A stretch of 51,853 nucleotides of DNA, taken from positions 1 through 51,853 of the forward strand of contig CAZQLY010000010.1 of NCBI GenBank assembly GCA_964594455.1, written 5' to 3'. A program made the translations under genes and the position numbers. Origin of the DNA: an uncultured Gammaproteobacteria bacterium (GTDB lineage Bacteria; Patescibacteriota; Patescibacteriia; JAHIZJ01). How positions within the stretch are numbered: position 1 is the first letter of the stretch; each line of letters begins with the position of its first letter. The notes beneath the pieces were generated by a model. The model saw only the letters and a list, made by a program, of their open reading frames with translations. It was not told the DNA's origin and did no database searches. Positions 19,686 to 28,585 of the stretch are shown piece by piece.

Positions 19686-19752
19686 AAAAAAATATTAATA
19701 TTACCGTTATATTTTAGCAAATCTTAAGAAAAAACTCCAGTTTGAATTACAG

Positions 19753-20463
19753 CTATTCCGGTTTTTGGGCAACTACTATTATGTTGTTAAAAAACCTCTT
19801 CTTACCAGTCTTAAATTCTTTAGCAAGCTGCATACTTTCTATTTTAAAACCAGCTTCTTCCAATAAACCTTTTAATTCTTCCTGAGTAAAAGCGTGATAA
19901 TACTGCTCTATGCCAGAATCACGCCAAGGGATCAGCAAATCGTTTTTATCCAACGGGGTGAAACCGAACAAATGTTTCCAATTGGTCTTTTTTATTTTAG
20001 CCTGATATTTGGGCCGCCAAAGATTCCAGACAGTTAATATCAGCCTTCCTCCAGGATTAATTACTCGAAAAAGCTGACTAACAGCCCTCTGGCGCAATTC
20101 AACTGATGGAATTTGATGCAGTACTAGGATATTGAACACCAGATCAAATTCGTTGTCAGGAAATGGTAAATTTAATATATCGCCTTCTTGGAAATGAAAA
20201 TCTGGAAATAATTTACTAGCCTGTTCCAATAACCGAGGGCTGATATCAACTCCGTAATAATCTACCTTTACACTATCAAATATTTTAGCTAATCTACCAT
20301 TACCGCAACCGACATCGGCAATTTTCATTTCCGGCTGAACATACTTCTTGAACTCATTAAACTCCGGCCAGATATCTTCTCGGCTAGCTGAATATTTCTC
20401 AGCCAAAATCTGATAGTCGCTGCGGACCTTTCTCAGCAAGGTTTGAGCAAAATCGCTTTTCAT
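19753..20463 (-). CDS. SAM-dependent methyltransferase, Trm9/ALKBH8-like
   Basis: Y..LAEKYSASR..IWP, ADVGCGNGR, LHQIPS..LRQRA, PGGRLILTVW, DLLIPW and YYHAFTQEEL match the Trm9/ALKBH8 motif order. Confidence 0.8.
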   Translation of the reverse strand: MKSDFAQTLLRKVRSDYQILAEKYSASREDIWPEFNEFKKYVQPEMKIADVGCGNGRLAKIFDSVKVDYYGVDISPRLLEQASKLFPDFHFQEGDILNLPFPDNEFDLVFNILVLHQIPSVELRQRAVSQLFRVINPGGRLILTVWNLWRPKYQAKIKKTNWKHLFGFTPLDKNDLLIPWRDSGIEQYYHAFTQEELKGLLEEAGFKIESMQLAKEFKTGKKRFFNNIIVVAQKPE

Positions 20464-22026
20464 ATGAATTTAACTCCTGTCGTAAAAAAATTGATTCAAG
20501 CCAATATCCAGACGTCTGACGACCTGGTGCGTTGGAAAAGGAAGGTGGCTAAGGATTTGAAACTCACCGTCCTTCCTAATCATACCTTGTTACAAGCATA
20601 TCGGCAATTCCAAAAAAGGCACTCTCGACCAATTAATTTTGTAATTACTAGTTTACTGCGACGTCGAAAAATACGCACTCTTTCTGGTGTGGCTGTTATT
20701 ACCGTACTGACCAAACCCCACCCTTGCCCTGGCCATTGTATCTATTGTCCGGCTGAAGCCAAGATGCCAAAGAGCTACCTAGCCTCAGAACCAGCCGCCC
20801 AACGAGCCTTGCTCAATAAATTTGACCCCTATCGCCAGACCCAGACTCGACTCAAGACTTTGCAAAATAATGGCCACCCTACAGACAAAATCGAATTAAT
20901 CATATTGGGCGGCACCTGGTCAGCTTATCCGAAAAAATATCAAACTTGGTTCATTAAACGCTGTTTCGATGCCGCTAATGGTAAGACGTCTAAGACGCTG
21001 GCTGCAGCTCAAAAGATAAATGAAAAAACGGCCAATCGAATCATCGGCCTAACCATCGAAACCCGCCCTGACTACGTTAATCCAGATGAGATCAAAAACT
21101 TGCGTGAATTTGGTGTCACCCGCGTTCAGATAGGCGTTCAAACTGTTGATGATAAAATTCTAAAACTAGTTAAACGAGGTCATGATGCAGCCACTGTGGC
21201 AAAAGCAACTCAACTCATGAAAGACGCTGGTTTAAAAATCAATTATCACATAATGCCTGGTCTGCCTGGCAGCACGCCAAAAAAAGACAAAGAGGTCTTT
21301 CATACCATTTTTAATGATGAACGATTTAAGCCAGACTACATCAAATTATACCCGACCCTTGTGTTGAAAAGCTCAGTACTTTATCGTTGGTGGCAGCAGG
21401 GAAAATACCAGCCCTATAGTGAAAAACGATTATTAAATTTAATTCCTGAGTTAAAAAAACTGGTTCCCTACTGGGTACGGATTGAACGCTTAATTCGAGA
21501 TATTCCGGGTCCGGATATTGCGGCCGGAAACAAGGCCACAAACCTCCGCCAGATGCTGGAACAAAAAGGTGTGGTTTGTCACTGTATCCGTTGTCGCGAA
21601 GCCAGAGCCAAAAAGATAAAACGATCTCAAGTTAAACTCTTCATTGAAAAGTATCAGGCCTCATCAGGAACAGAATATTTTATTTCTCACGAAAATAAAT
21701 CCCGGACTGAACTTTACGCCTTTGTGCGTTTGAGGCTACCTAGCAAAAAAGTTGCAAGAGATGATGTCCATTATCTCTTACCCGTTTTAAAAAAATCAGC
21801 CCTGATCCGCGAACTCCACACCTACGGCCAACTGGTACCCTTGAAAAAGAAAGGCCAAGCAGTCCAGCATATAGGGTTTGGCAAAAAACTCATGTCTCAA
21901 GCAGAAAAGATCGCCAGACAAAATGGTTATAAAAAAATCACTGTTATATCGGGTATTGGCGTACGTGAGTATTATCGAAAAATAGGGTACCAGCTGCAAG
22001 ACACCTACATGGTCAAAAATATTTAA
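20464..22026 (+). CDS. elp3: tRNA uridine(34) acetyltransferase/carboxymethyltransferase Elp3 (radical SAM plus KAT)
   Basis: RTLSGVA, CPGHCIYCP, ETRPD, KLYPTLV, RELHTYG, QHIGFG and VISGIGVREYY motifs. Confidence 0.95.
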   Translation: MNLTPVVKKLIQANIQTSDDLVRWKRKVAKDLKLTVLPNHTLLQAYRQFQKRHSRPINFVITSLLRRRKIRTLSGVAVITVLTKPHPCPGHCIYCPAEAKMPKSYLASEPAAQRALLNKFDPYRQTQTRLKTLQNNGHPTDKIELIILGGTWSAYPKKYQTWFIKRCFDAANGKTSKTLAAAQKINEKTANRIIGLTIETRPDYVNPDEIKNLREFGVTRVQIGVQTVDDKILKLVKRGHDAATVAKATQLMKDAGLKINYHIMPGLPGSTPKKDKEVFHTIFNDERFKPDYIKLYPTLVLKSSVLYRWWQQGKYQPYSEKRLLNLIPELKKLVPYWVRIERLIRDIPGPDIAAGNKATNLRQMLEQKGVVCHCIRCREARAKKIKRSQVKLFIEKYQASSGTEYFISHENKSRTELYAFVRLRLPSKKVARDDVHYLLPVLKKSALIRELHTYGQLVPLKKKGQAVQHIGFGKKLMSQAEKIARQNGYKKITVISGIGVREYYRKIGYQLQDTYMVKNI

Positions 22027-22095
22027 AAAAAGGCGGGTGGCTGTGCGCGTCTGCGAACAAGTGTCCACTCAGGCGTGCTCAAGCCACCCTGTCTC
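22025..22095. terminator. Long imperfect hairpin/terminator
   Basis: A-tract plus gggtggct...agccaccc stem with extended inner pairing. Confidence 0.6.
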
Positions 22096-22160
22096 ATGTG
22101 AAGGAAGGTCGACGAAGACCCTCCGTCTCTATATTATACATATATGAATTGTTGTCAAAT

Positions 22161-22210
22161 AAAAAAGAGGTGGTTGATACCCGCCTCTGGTGAGGGTGGT
22201 ACAACCACCT
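22161..22210 (-). terminator. Terminator of small GC-rich unit
   Basis: aggtggttg...caaccacct stem adjacent to an A-tract (T-run on minus strand). Confidence 0.65.
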
Positions 22211-22261
22211 AGCTTCAGTTCCGGGCGACTGTGCGCGCGTTACCGGCCGCCTTGTCTTGGG

Positions 22262-22411
22262 TCAGGAATTGCGCCGAGTCGCCCGCGTCGCGTCGTTCTT
22301 CGAGTTGGCCGTGCTCTCCGTGCTCTTCTTGCGGAAGCGGGTCGCCTGCGAGGTCGTCTCGTCGATCGCGTTCCATCGATTGAAAGGGGCCAGACACATC
22401 GTCTCGAACAT
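22262..22411 (-). CDS. Putative 49-aa peptide (MFETMCLAPFNRW...)
   Basis: SD GGAGGTG just before ATG; upstream TTGACT-N16-TATAAT (22513-22540); downstream terminator. Confidence 0.45.
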   Translation of the reverse strand: MFETMCLAPFNRWNAIDETTSQATRFRKKSTESTANSKNDATRATRRNS

Positions 22412-22543
22412 CGTACACCTCCATCGTTGAGGTTTACCGGGAAGGACTCTCCGTGCACCATTCATGATGCTGAACACAGTTACTCCACTCAACGAATAGT
22501 ACACCACTTTTTATTATACACATTTTTCACAAATAGTCAAAAT

Positions 22544-23293
22544 CTACTTGGAACAGCCTGGGCCCCAACACTTACCTCTTACTTCATTTGGGATTTTATT
22601 TAAATTAAATGGTCCGCCTCGGGGCGGTTCCCCATGTCGGATAGCTTCGGCCACAAACTGATCATCTTCAATGCAACCGATTACCCTGATTATCTCACCG
22701 GCCCTAACTTCGACAGGCGGATTTATCGTTGTTTCTTTATCCAAGGTAATCAGCATTCGAATACCATCGGGCTGGACTACGATCATTTCATTGTTTCCGA
22801 CTTCTTCCACCAAGCCCACTACCCAAGTATCACCATAAAATTCTTTTTGAAAAAATGACTCAAACGGTTCAACGTCTTGTATCTTTTCGGGCAATCCTGC
22901 CACATCTAATATCAGTCCAAAAATGGTTAACGTTAGCACAAATCCAATCGCTACGCCAATAAAAACGTGCCGATATCCAATATTAAATCGTTTAATCATA
23001 TAAAGGCCAGCCACTATTCCAACTATGGATATCAAGAAGGGCGCCCAGGGCAGATTATGAAAGAATGGCGTCAATCCACCGGATCCAAACCTGAGATATT
23101 CAAACGGAGCGTGAACTCGAAATCGGAAAACCAGTACCCCGATGAAAAACAATGCAATAGTAATAACTCCGGCCAGCCCAATACCCAAGATTAAAGAACC
23201 AGCCACAAAATAACCCCTTGGCTTCATCTTTAGTTTATTCGATTTTATCTGCTCGCTGATTTGATCAGCTAGCGGTTTGTTGTCCTGATTCAT
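22544..23293 (-). CDS. Membrane protein, probable anti-sigma/ECF partner with DUF5666-like C-terminus
   Basis: Overlaps the ECF sigma stop; 3 TM helices then an OB-like domain; ATG at 23293 preferred over the ORF-track start. Confidence 0.7.
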   Translation of the reverse strand: MNQDNKPLADQISEQIKSNKLKMKPRGYFVAGSLILGIGLAGVITIALFFIGVLVFRFRVHAPFEYLRFGSGGLTPFFHNLPWAPFLISIVGIVAGLYMIKRFNIGYRHVFIGVAIGFVLTLTIFGLILDVAGLPEKIQDVEPFESFFQKEFYGDTWVVGLVEEVGNNEMIVVQPDGIRMLITLDKETTINPPVEVRAGEIIRVIGCIEDDQFVAEAIRHGEPPRGGPFNLNKIPNEVRGKCWGPGCSK

Positions 23294-23846
23294 ATTCCTT
23301 CTTAATAGTTTTTTTGAGTAAGCTTTTTCCCCTATTGATTCGCGTCCCCACCGTTCCAATCGGCATGCGCAAGATATCACTGATTTCTTCATAAGATCTT
23401 TCTTCCATATAAAAAAGCATCAGTGGCTCGCTGTATTTCAAAGGCAGCTTATCAATTTTACTCAACAGCATATTCTTCATCTCTCGCGCTTCTAACTCGT
23501 CAATCGGGCTGTCATTTTCTGAAGCCATGTCCTGGATCTCTGGCGCCTCATCAATCGATACTTCTTTTTTATGCTTCTTGATGTAATTTATCGCTTCATT
23601 GTGCAAGATACGATAAATCCAGCTAGAAAACTTCTTTTTAGTATTGAAGCTTTTTAAATTAATAAAGGCCTTCAAGAAAGTATTTTGTAAAACATCGTCT
23701 GCTTTGTCCGTATCATGCACAAAAACCAACGCATAGCGGCGCAGTTTTTCCTCATATCTTTTAACAATCTCCGTATATAGTTCCTGGTCTTTTTCGCGAA
23801 CAATTACTACTAATTCTTCGTCGCGAATCTGCTGGATATCAGCCAT
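23265..23846 (-). CDS. ECF RNA polymerase sigma factor
   Basis: Region 2 (DDVLQNTFLKAF, FSSWIYRI) and region 4 (SYEEISDILRMPIGTVGTRINRGK). Confidence 0.95.
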   Translation of the reverse strand: MADIQQIRDEELVVIVREKDQELYTEIVKRYEEKLRRYALVFVHDTDKADDVLQNTFLKAFINLKSFNTKKKFSSWIYRILHNEAINYIKKHKKEVSIDEAPEIQDMASENDSPIDELEAREMKNMLLSKIDKLPLKYSEPLMLFYMEERSYEEISDILRMPIGTVGTRINRGKSLLKKTIKKEYESGQQTAS

Positions 23847-23949
23847 AGGTCTTTGGTTATACTACAACAGTTTTTACATTTTTATTTCGTTTTGTCAATA
23901 TTTTCACAAATAAAAAACCTCTCGTCGGCAAAACGAAAGGCATGTTACC

Positions 23950-24948
23950 CTAGATAAAGGGCGAAAGAGCTAGATAGATCAAGGCGGCAATCACACCGGC
24001 ACCAGGAATAGTCACTACCCAGGCAAAAATGATCTGCTTGACCACTGTCCAGTTGAGATTGGACAGTCGACGAGCCGCTCCCGTGCCTAGGATGGCCGAA
24101 GAGATTACGTGGGTAGTAGATATCGGCGCACCTACCAGAGAAGCAGTAAAGATCACCGCTCCGCCAGCCGTTTCCGCGGCACAACCATCCATGGGCTCGT
24201 GTAGTTTGACCATCTTAGTGCCCATAGTGCGGATGATCCGCCAGCCGCCAACAGAGGTTCCTAGACCGATAGCCAGAGCGGAAGCAGCCCGCACCCAAAT
24301 CGGCACGTAGAATTCATGGAGTAATCCGCACGACACCATGGCGATTGTAATGATGCCCATCGCGTTCTGCGCGTCATTCATCCCATGGGTGAATGAAACG
24401 GCTGAGGCAGACAGTATCTGGAGTCGCTTGAAGAACTTAGCTGACTTGAGATATGGAGTCCGCCAGGAAACCCAAGCGAAAACGGTTAGAACAATCCCTC
24501 CTATCACTACACCGGCTATCGGCGATACGATCATGGCGATCAGTATTTTTTTCAAACCGGCGAAGATCAGCACCGAGAAATCCAATCGTGACCTGAGAAG
24601 CGCGACGCCGACTAACCCGCCCACTAGAGCGTGAGTGGAGCTGGATGGAAGTCCGAAGTACCATGTCAGATAGCCCCAGCCGATTGCTCCCAGGAGCGCA
24701 GCCAGTAGCATGGGTAGAGTGATCACTTCGCCCGAGACAACCCCCTTACCAACGGTGTAGGCCACTGCTGTGTGCGAGAGCGCCCCGACAAAGTTCAATG
24801 TCCGGGCCAGAATGATGGCTTGTCGGGCCGAAAGAGCCCTGGTCGAAACGGTGGTAGCAATGGCGTTGGCCGCATCATGAAAGCCATTGACGAAGTCATA
24901 CCACAATGCGCCGCCGATGATTAGTATGAGCAACAAGCTGTCAGACAT
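23950..24948 (-). CDS. Inorganic phosphate transporter, PiT family
   Basis: NGFHDAANAIAT, GLPSSSTHAL, HGMNDAQ and PISTTH motifs. Confidence 0.96.
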   Translation of the reverse strand: MSDSLLLILIIGGALWYDFVNGFHDAANAIATTVSTRALSARQAIILARTLNFVGALSHTAVAYTVGKGVVSGEVITLPMLLAALLGAIGWGYLTWYFGLPSSSTHALVGGLVGVALLRSRLDFSVLIFAGLKKILIAMIVSPIAGVVIGGIVLTVFAWVSWRTPYLKSAKFFKRLQILSASAVSFTHGMNDAQNAMGIITIAMVSCGLLHEFYVPIWVRAASALAIGLGTSVGGWRIIRTMGTKMVKLHEPMDGCAAETAGGAVIFTASLVGAPISTTHVISSAILGTGAARRLSNLNWTVVKQIIFAWVVTIPGAGVIAALIYLALSPFI

Positions 24949-25738
24949 TCTTCATCACCATCCTTTTCAGGGTGGTAGCAACCGTGTCACAGGCATCACT
25001 TGCCCGCTCCAATGCCTTCATAACCTCACGCTGCAGGAAAAAGTGAAACACCCTGATACACAACTCCCTGTTATCACGAGTCACCCCGACTATCCGTGAC
25101 AGAAATCCGTGAGCCTCTACTTGGCTAAGGTGATCGCTTCCCGACAGCTCCTGTTCAATTCTAGCCAGCTCAGCCATACCGGCGATGACCCCGGATATGC
25201 TAGCGATTCCTTCAGCTAGAGCCCGGTGATGAATTTCGTCAGCCTGCGCTTCAAATTCGTGAATTGACTTACAGCCCGCATCAATGTGATGCCGTTTACG
25301 CAGATTACTGATGACTCCACGTACCTGTTGGCAAGATGCCTGCACCACGTCAGCCAACTTCCCCACCTCAGCAAGGCCTGCGATCTCTCTGACGTGAAGA
25401 CGATAGATGACATAACGCGAGGCAAATTGTTCCATCCAATCCATGATGTCATCCAGGGAGCCGATCAGATGAGTGATATCATCCCGGTCAAACGGTGGCT
25501 GGGGCGCAACGTCTAGCAGGTTGATAGTCCGAGCCACCAGGCCGTCACACTCCGTCTCCATTCGCTTCAGTCTCTCCGCAATTATGCTCTGGCCGTCGCT
25601 CTCCTTAGCCGCGACCAAATCAACCACCAGGCCACTAGCCTCAACTAGCTTACCGGCCATGGCATCAAAGATCTCGTAGAATTCCTTGTCTGATGGCGGT
25701 AGCAAACGCAACCCGCGCAACCATCCAAATCCCTTCAT
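24941..25738 (-). CDS. DUF47/PhoU-like phosphate transport regulator
   Basis: ETECD, PFDRDDI, EAQADE and LERASDAC motifs; directly upstream of PiT; SD AAGGAGGGGG. Confidence 0.88.
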   Translation of the reverse strand: MKGFGWLRGLRLLPPSDKEFYEIFDAMAGKLVEASGLVVDLVAAKESDGQSIIAERLKRMETECDGLVARTINLLDVAPQPPFDRDDITHLIGSLDDIMDWMEQFASRYVIYRLHVREIAGLAEVGKLADVVQASCQQVRGVISNLRKRHHIDAGCKSIHEFEAQADEIHHRALAEGIASISGVIAGMAELARIEQELSGSDHLSQVEAHGFLSRIVGVTRDNRELCIRVFHFFLQREVMKALERASDACDTVATTLKRMVMKNV

Positions 25739-25796
25739 TTACCCCCTCCTTTTTGTCAAACAGCAAATGCGCTTTCTAGCGTTGAGAAATCATATT

Positions 25797-25825
25797 AACT
25801 TATCAATTAATACACCTACTGTCAA
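25797..25825 (-). promoter_or_regulatory. sigma70-type promoter for the DUF47-PiT operon
   Basis: TTGACA-N17-TAAGTT; boxA-like TGCTGTTTGACAA at 25753-25765. Confidence 0.6.
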
Positions 25826-25827
25826 TT

Positions 25828-25890
25828 AAAAAAAGGCGGCTTCTCATCTTGCTGGCGCAGGGGCACGAGCAAACAAGATGATTAGCCGCC
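25828..25890 (-). terminator. Long interrupted hairpin terminator
   Basis: ggcggct/agccgcc and tcatcttg/caagatga stems next to an A-tract. Confidence 0.6.
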
Positions 25891-25984
25891 ATCTGGCGAA
25901 ACTGGGAACGCGTTTAGCCCGATCTATTCGGGCAATAGCGTCACGGAGGAATGTACAGTCGGTAGATCACAGCAGACCTCCTGG

Positions 25985-26074
25985 TCAGTCGGTGAACGAC
26001 CTCGGCGCGAAACCCCACGTGGTATCTCCGCAGCATGGGGGCCGAGCCATGACCACCAAACGTCTTCTCACCAT
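25985..26074 (-). CDS. Putative 29-aa peptide (MVRRRLVVMARPPCCGDTTWGFAPRSFTD)
   Basis: SD GGAGG 7 nt before ATG; upstream TTGCAG-N17-TATGTT. Confidence 0.4.
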   Translation of the reverse strand: MVRRRLVVMARPPCCGDTTWGFAPRSFTD

Positions 26075-26191
26075 ACTGACGCCTCCATCGTACCTATGGT
26101 TACGCTGAATTTGCGCCCCCACTGCTTCTGCCCATCCACACAAGCGCAAACAGCAAGGCAAACATAGCATATCGTGGATTTTTCTGCAAAT

Positions 26192-26220
26192 AAAAAAGAG
26201 GTTCGGCTCAACCGAACCTC
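26192..26220 (-). terminator. Enolase terminator
   Basis: gaggttcgg/ccgaacctc perfect stem plus T-run on minus strand. Confidence 0.85.
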
Positions 26221-26244
26221 GTAGATTCAATTGGTAGCGTACCG

Positions 26245-27561
26245 CTACTTAATGCCTCGGGCGTAAAGCTCGGGCACGCTAGTGAACGCCCTCCATCCCG
26301 GGTAAACCGCACGGCTTCCCAGTAACCGTTCAATCCAGATCAAGCGATTGTACTTGCTTCCCCGATCCGAACGTGCCACAGCCCCAGGCTTGATGAAACC
26401 GGAGCCCAAGGCCACAGCAATATCGGCGTAATCTGGGAATTCGGTATCACCGCTCCTCTGACTGACGCAAGTGGTCATCCCGTGGGAATGGGCAATCTGG
26501 CCAGCCCTCATGGCTCGAGAAACGCAGCCGATCTGATTGGTCTTGACCAGTAGACTGTTGGCAAAACGCTCCTTGGGCGGTAGGCTCTCGGCCAACAAAA
26601 CCGGGTTGGTGCAGAAGCAGTCGTCCCCGATCAGCTGGATCCGCTGTCCCAACCGCCTATACATCAGGCGCCAGGCAGCGTAGCCCTTCTCGGCCGCACC
26701 GTCTTCGATACTGACGATCGGGAACTCACCCACCAGCTTACACCAGTAGTCAACCAAGCCAGCGTCATCAAGATGCTCACCATCCGGCTCGACCTGGTAG
26801 CCATGCTCGGAAAAGAAGGCAGAGGCAGCCGGATCGAGAGCAAAGCAGATGTCCTCGCCTGGCTTACGACCGGTCTTCTCGATCGCTTGCTGACCAAAGA
26901 TCAGAGCTTCGCGGTTCGACTCGAGGTTCGGAGCAAAGCCGCCCTCGTCTCCAACCGTGGTCGGATGACCGGCTTCCCTGAGCAGATCGGCCATGGCATG
27001 CTGGCATTCAACTAACCAGCGGACTGCTTCGGCAAACGTCGGAGCCCCAACCGGAGCCCACATGAATTCCTGCACCTGAAGATTGTTGCCAGCATGCTGT
27101 CCGCCGTCAAAGAACTTGCACAGCGGAACCGGCAGTTGACAGACCGTCGGACCGCCCAGGAACTCATACAGCTCCTGTCTCCGACTCATGGCAGCCGCTT
27201 TGGCCACAGCATAGGAAACTGCTGTGACTGAATTGGCTCCGATCCTGCTGAGGTTCCCGGTTGTATCGAGACCACACATTGCCTCATCAACCGCCACAAG
27301 GTCAAAGGGTGACATCCCAACAATCCTTGAAGTGATCTCATTGTTGACCGCTTGGACGGCTTCTTGAACACCCTTGCCCCTGTAACGACTCCTGTCACCG
27401 TCTCGCTTCTCGTGTTGCTCTTTCTCTCCGGTTGAAGCACCGGAAGGAGACATGGCATAGGCTCGAGTACCATCAGTCAGTTCGACCATTGCCATGACAT
27501 TGGGGTTGGGGCGTGAATCAATGCCCTCCACGCCGACAACCGACTGGATTTCGATACCCAT
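26245..27561 (-). CDS. eno: Enolase (divergent)
   Basis: PSGASTG, RYRGKGV, QEFM, GDEGGFAP, SIEDG, GDD and KxNQIG motifs; SD AAGGAGG before ATG 27561. Confidence 0.9.
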   Translation of the reverse strand: MGIEIQSVVGVEGIDSRPNPNVMAMVELTDGTRAYAMSPSGASTGEKEQHEKRDGDRSRYRGKGVQEAVQAVNNEITSRIVGMSPFDLVAVDEAMCGLDTTGNLSRIGANSVTAVSYAVAKAAAMSRRQELYEFLGGPTVCQLPVPLCKFFDGGQHAGNNLQVQEFMWAPVGAPTFAEAVRWLVECQHAMADLLREAGHPTTVGDEGGFAPNLESNREALIFGQQAIEKTGRKPGEDICFALDPAASAFFSEHGYQVEPDGEHLDDAGLVDYWCKLVGEFPIVSIEDGAAEKGYAAWRLMYRRLGQRIQLIGDDCFCTNPVLLAESLPPKERFANSLLVKTNQIGCVSRAMRAGQIAHSHGMTTCVSQRSGDTEFPDYADIAVALGSGFIKPGAVARSDRGSKYNRLIWIERLLGSRAVYPGWRAFTSVPELYARGIK

Positions 27562-27667
27562 CGGCAGATTCCTCCTTGCTGTAACTGGGTTGGCAGTGAA
27601 CAAAAAAGAACCCCCTAACCTTAAAAGAGTTGAGGGGTTGTGTCAAGATAATATTTTGTTTCTTTGT

Positions 27668-28003
27668 CTAGTTGTTATAACAACAGCACACTTCCCAAGC
27701 CGCAAAAGCTTCAAAATCACAGTCAGACAACTCAAGCTTCCGATCACTTAGGTCTGTCCAACCCTTGTTGGCGCACACGTTTTGAAATTCTAAGCTTGAA
27801 TCACCTTTGATGCACTGCCCATTGTAATAGCCTTTTTCCACACAAGCGCTGCGACAGCTTGGGGTAATATTTTCAAAACCGTCGTCACTTCCATTGTTAT
27901 TAGACAACCAGCCAGTCAGGTCCCCATCGTTCATAAAATAAAAGACGACCAGAAACACCATGGCCGCGATAATAAATACTGTAATTGTGCCTCGTAAACT
28001 CAT
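27668..28003 (-). CDS. Small membrane-anchored cysteine-rich protein
   Basis: N-terminal TM; 8 Cys including CRSAC, GYYNGQC and CCC. Confidence 0.7.
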   Translation of the reverse strand: MSLRGTITVFIIAAMVFLVVFYFMNDGDLTGWLSNNNGSDDGFENITPSCRSACVEKGYYNGQCIKGDSSLEFQNVCANKGWTDLSDRKLELSDCDFEAFAAWEVCCCYNN

Positions 28004-28009
28004 AATGTG

Positions 28010-28585
28010 TTATTTTAATAACCCTTTTTTCTGCATTAATAAATAAGGATAGCCGCGCTTTTCCGCCTCTTTGGCTTCAATACCTAATTTGTCTGCCAGA
28101 GCAAAAAGCTTGTCTCTGGTTTTCTTTACCCCGCCCAAATCCTTCATAGCCTCTATCTCGACAAATTTACCCAGTTCGCTAACGTCATCCAGGGCAATCT
28201 CAAACTCATCATCCAGTCGATAAACCCAGCGTTCTTTTTTTACTACGACTAATATTAGGAAATCAAGGATCTGAAACAATTTATTAAACCTTTCCAAGTC
28301 AGTAATCTCAATATTATACTCATCACAGTGCGTTTTAACATCAGCTTCTTCTGGGTAAAAATGTTTGTAGTTTAATATCACCCTGTTATCACGTTCTCTA
28401 ACACTTAACCACTCGTAGGGATATTTTGGTTCTAAATAATTTTTGTGAGCCGGAGTATAGTAAGTATCTTTCTGGCCAGATATCTTTTTAAATTTAGCTA
28501 ACTCTTTAACTTTATCATGAACATTATTAAACCGTTCTTCAGTTAATTCAAACTTGAGTTCTATTTCAGTATCGTTATGCGCCAT
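28010..28585 (-). CDS. CYTH domain protein (class IV adenylate cyclase-like)
   Basis: EIELKF, QKDTYY, WLSVR, KKERW and GKFVEIE motifs. Confidence 0.9.
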   Translation of the reverse strand: MAHNDTEIELKFELTEERFNNVHDKVKELAKFKKISGQKDTYYTPAHKNYLEPKYPYEWLSVRERDNRVILNYKHFYPEEADVKTHCDEYNIEITDLERFNKLFQILDFLILVVVKKERWVYRLDDEFEIALDDVSELGKFVEIEAMKDLGGVKKTRDKLFALADKLGIEAKEAEKRGYPYLLMQKKGLLK

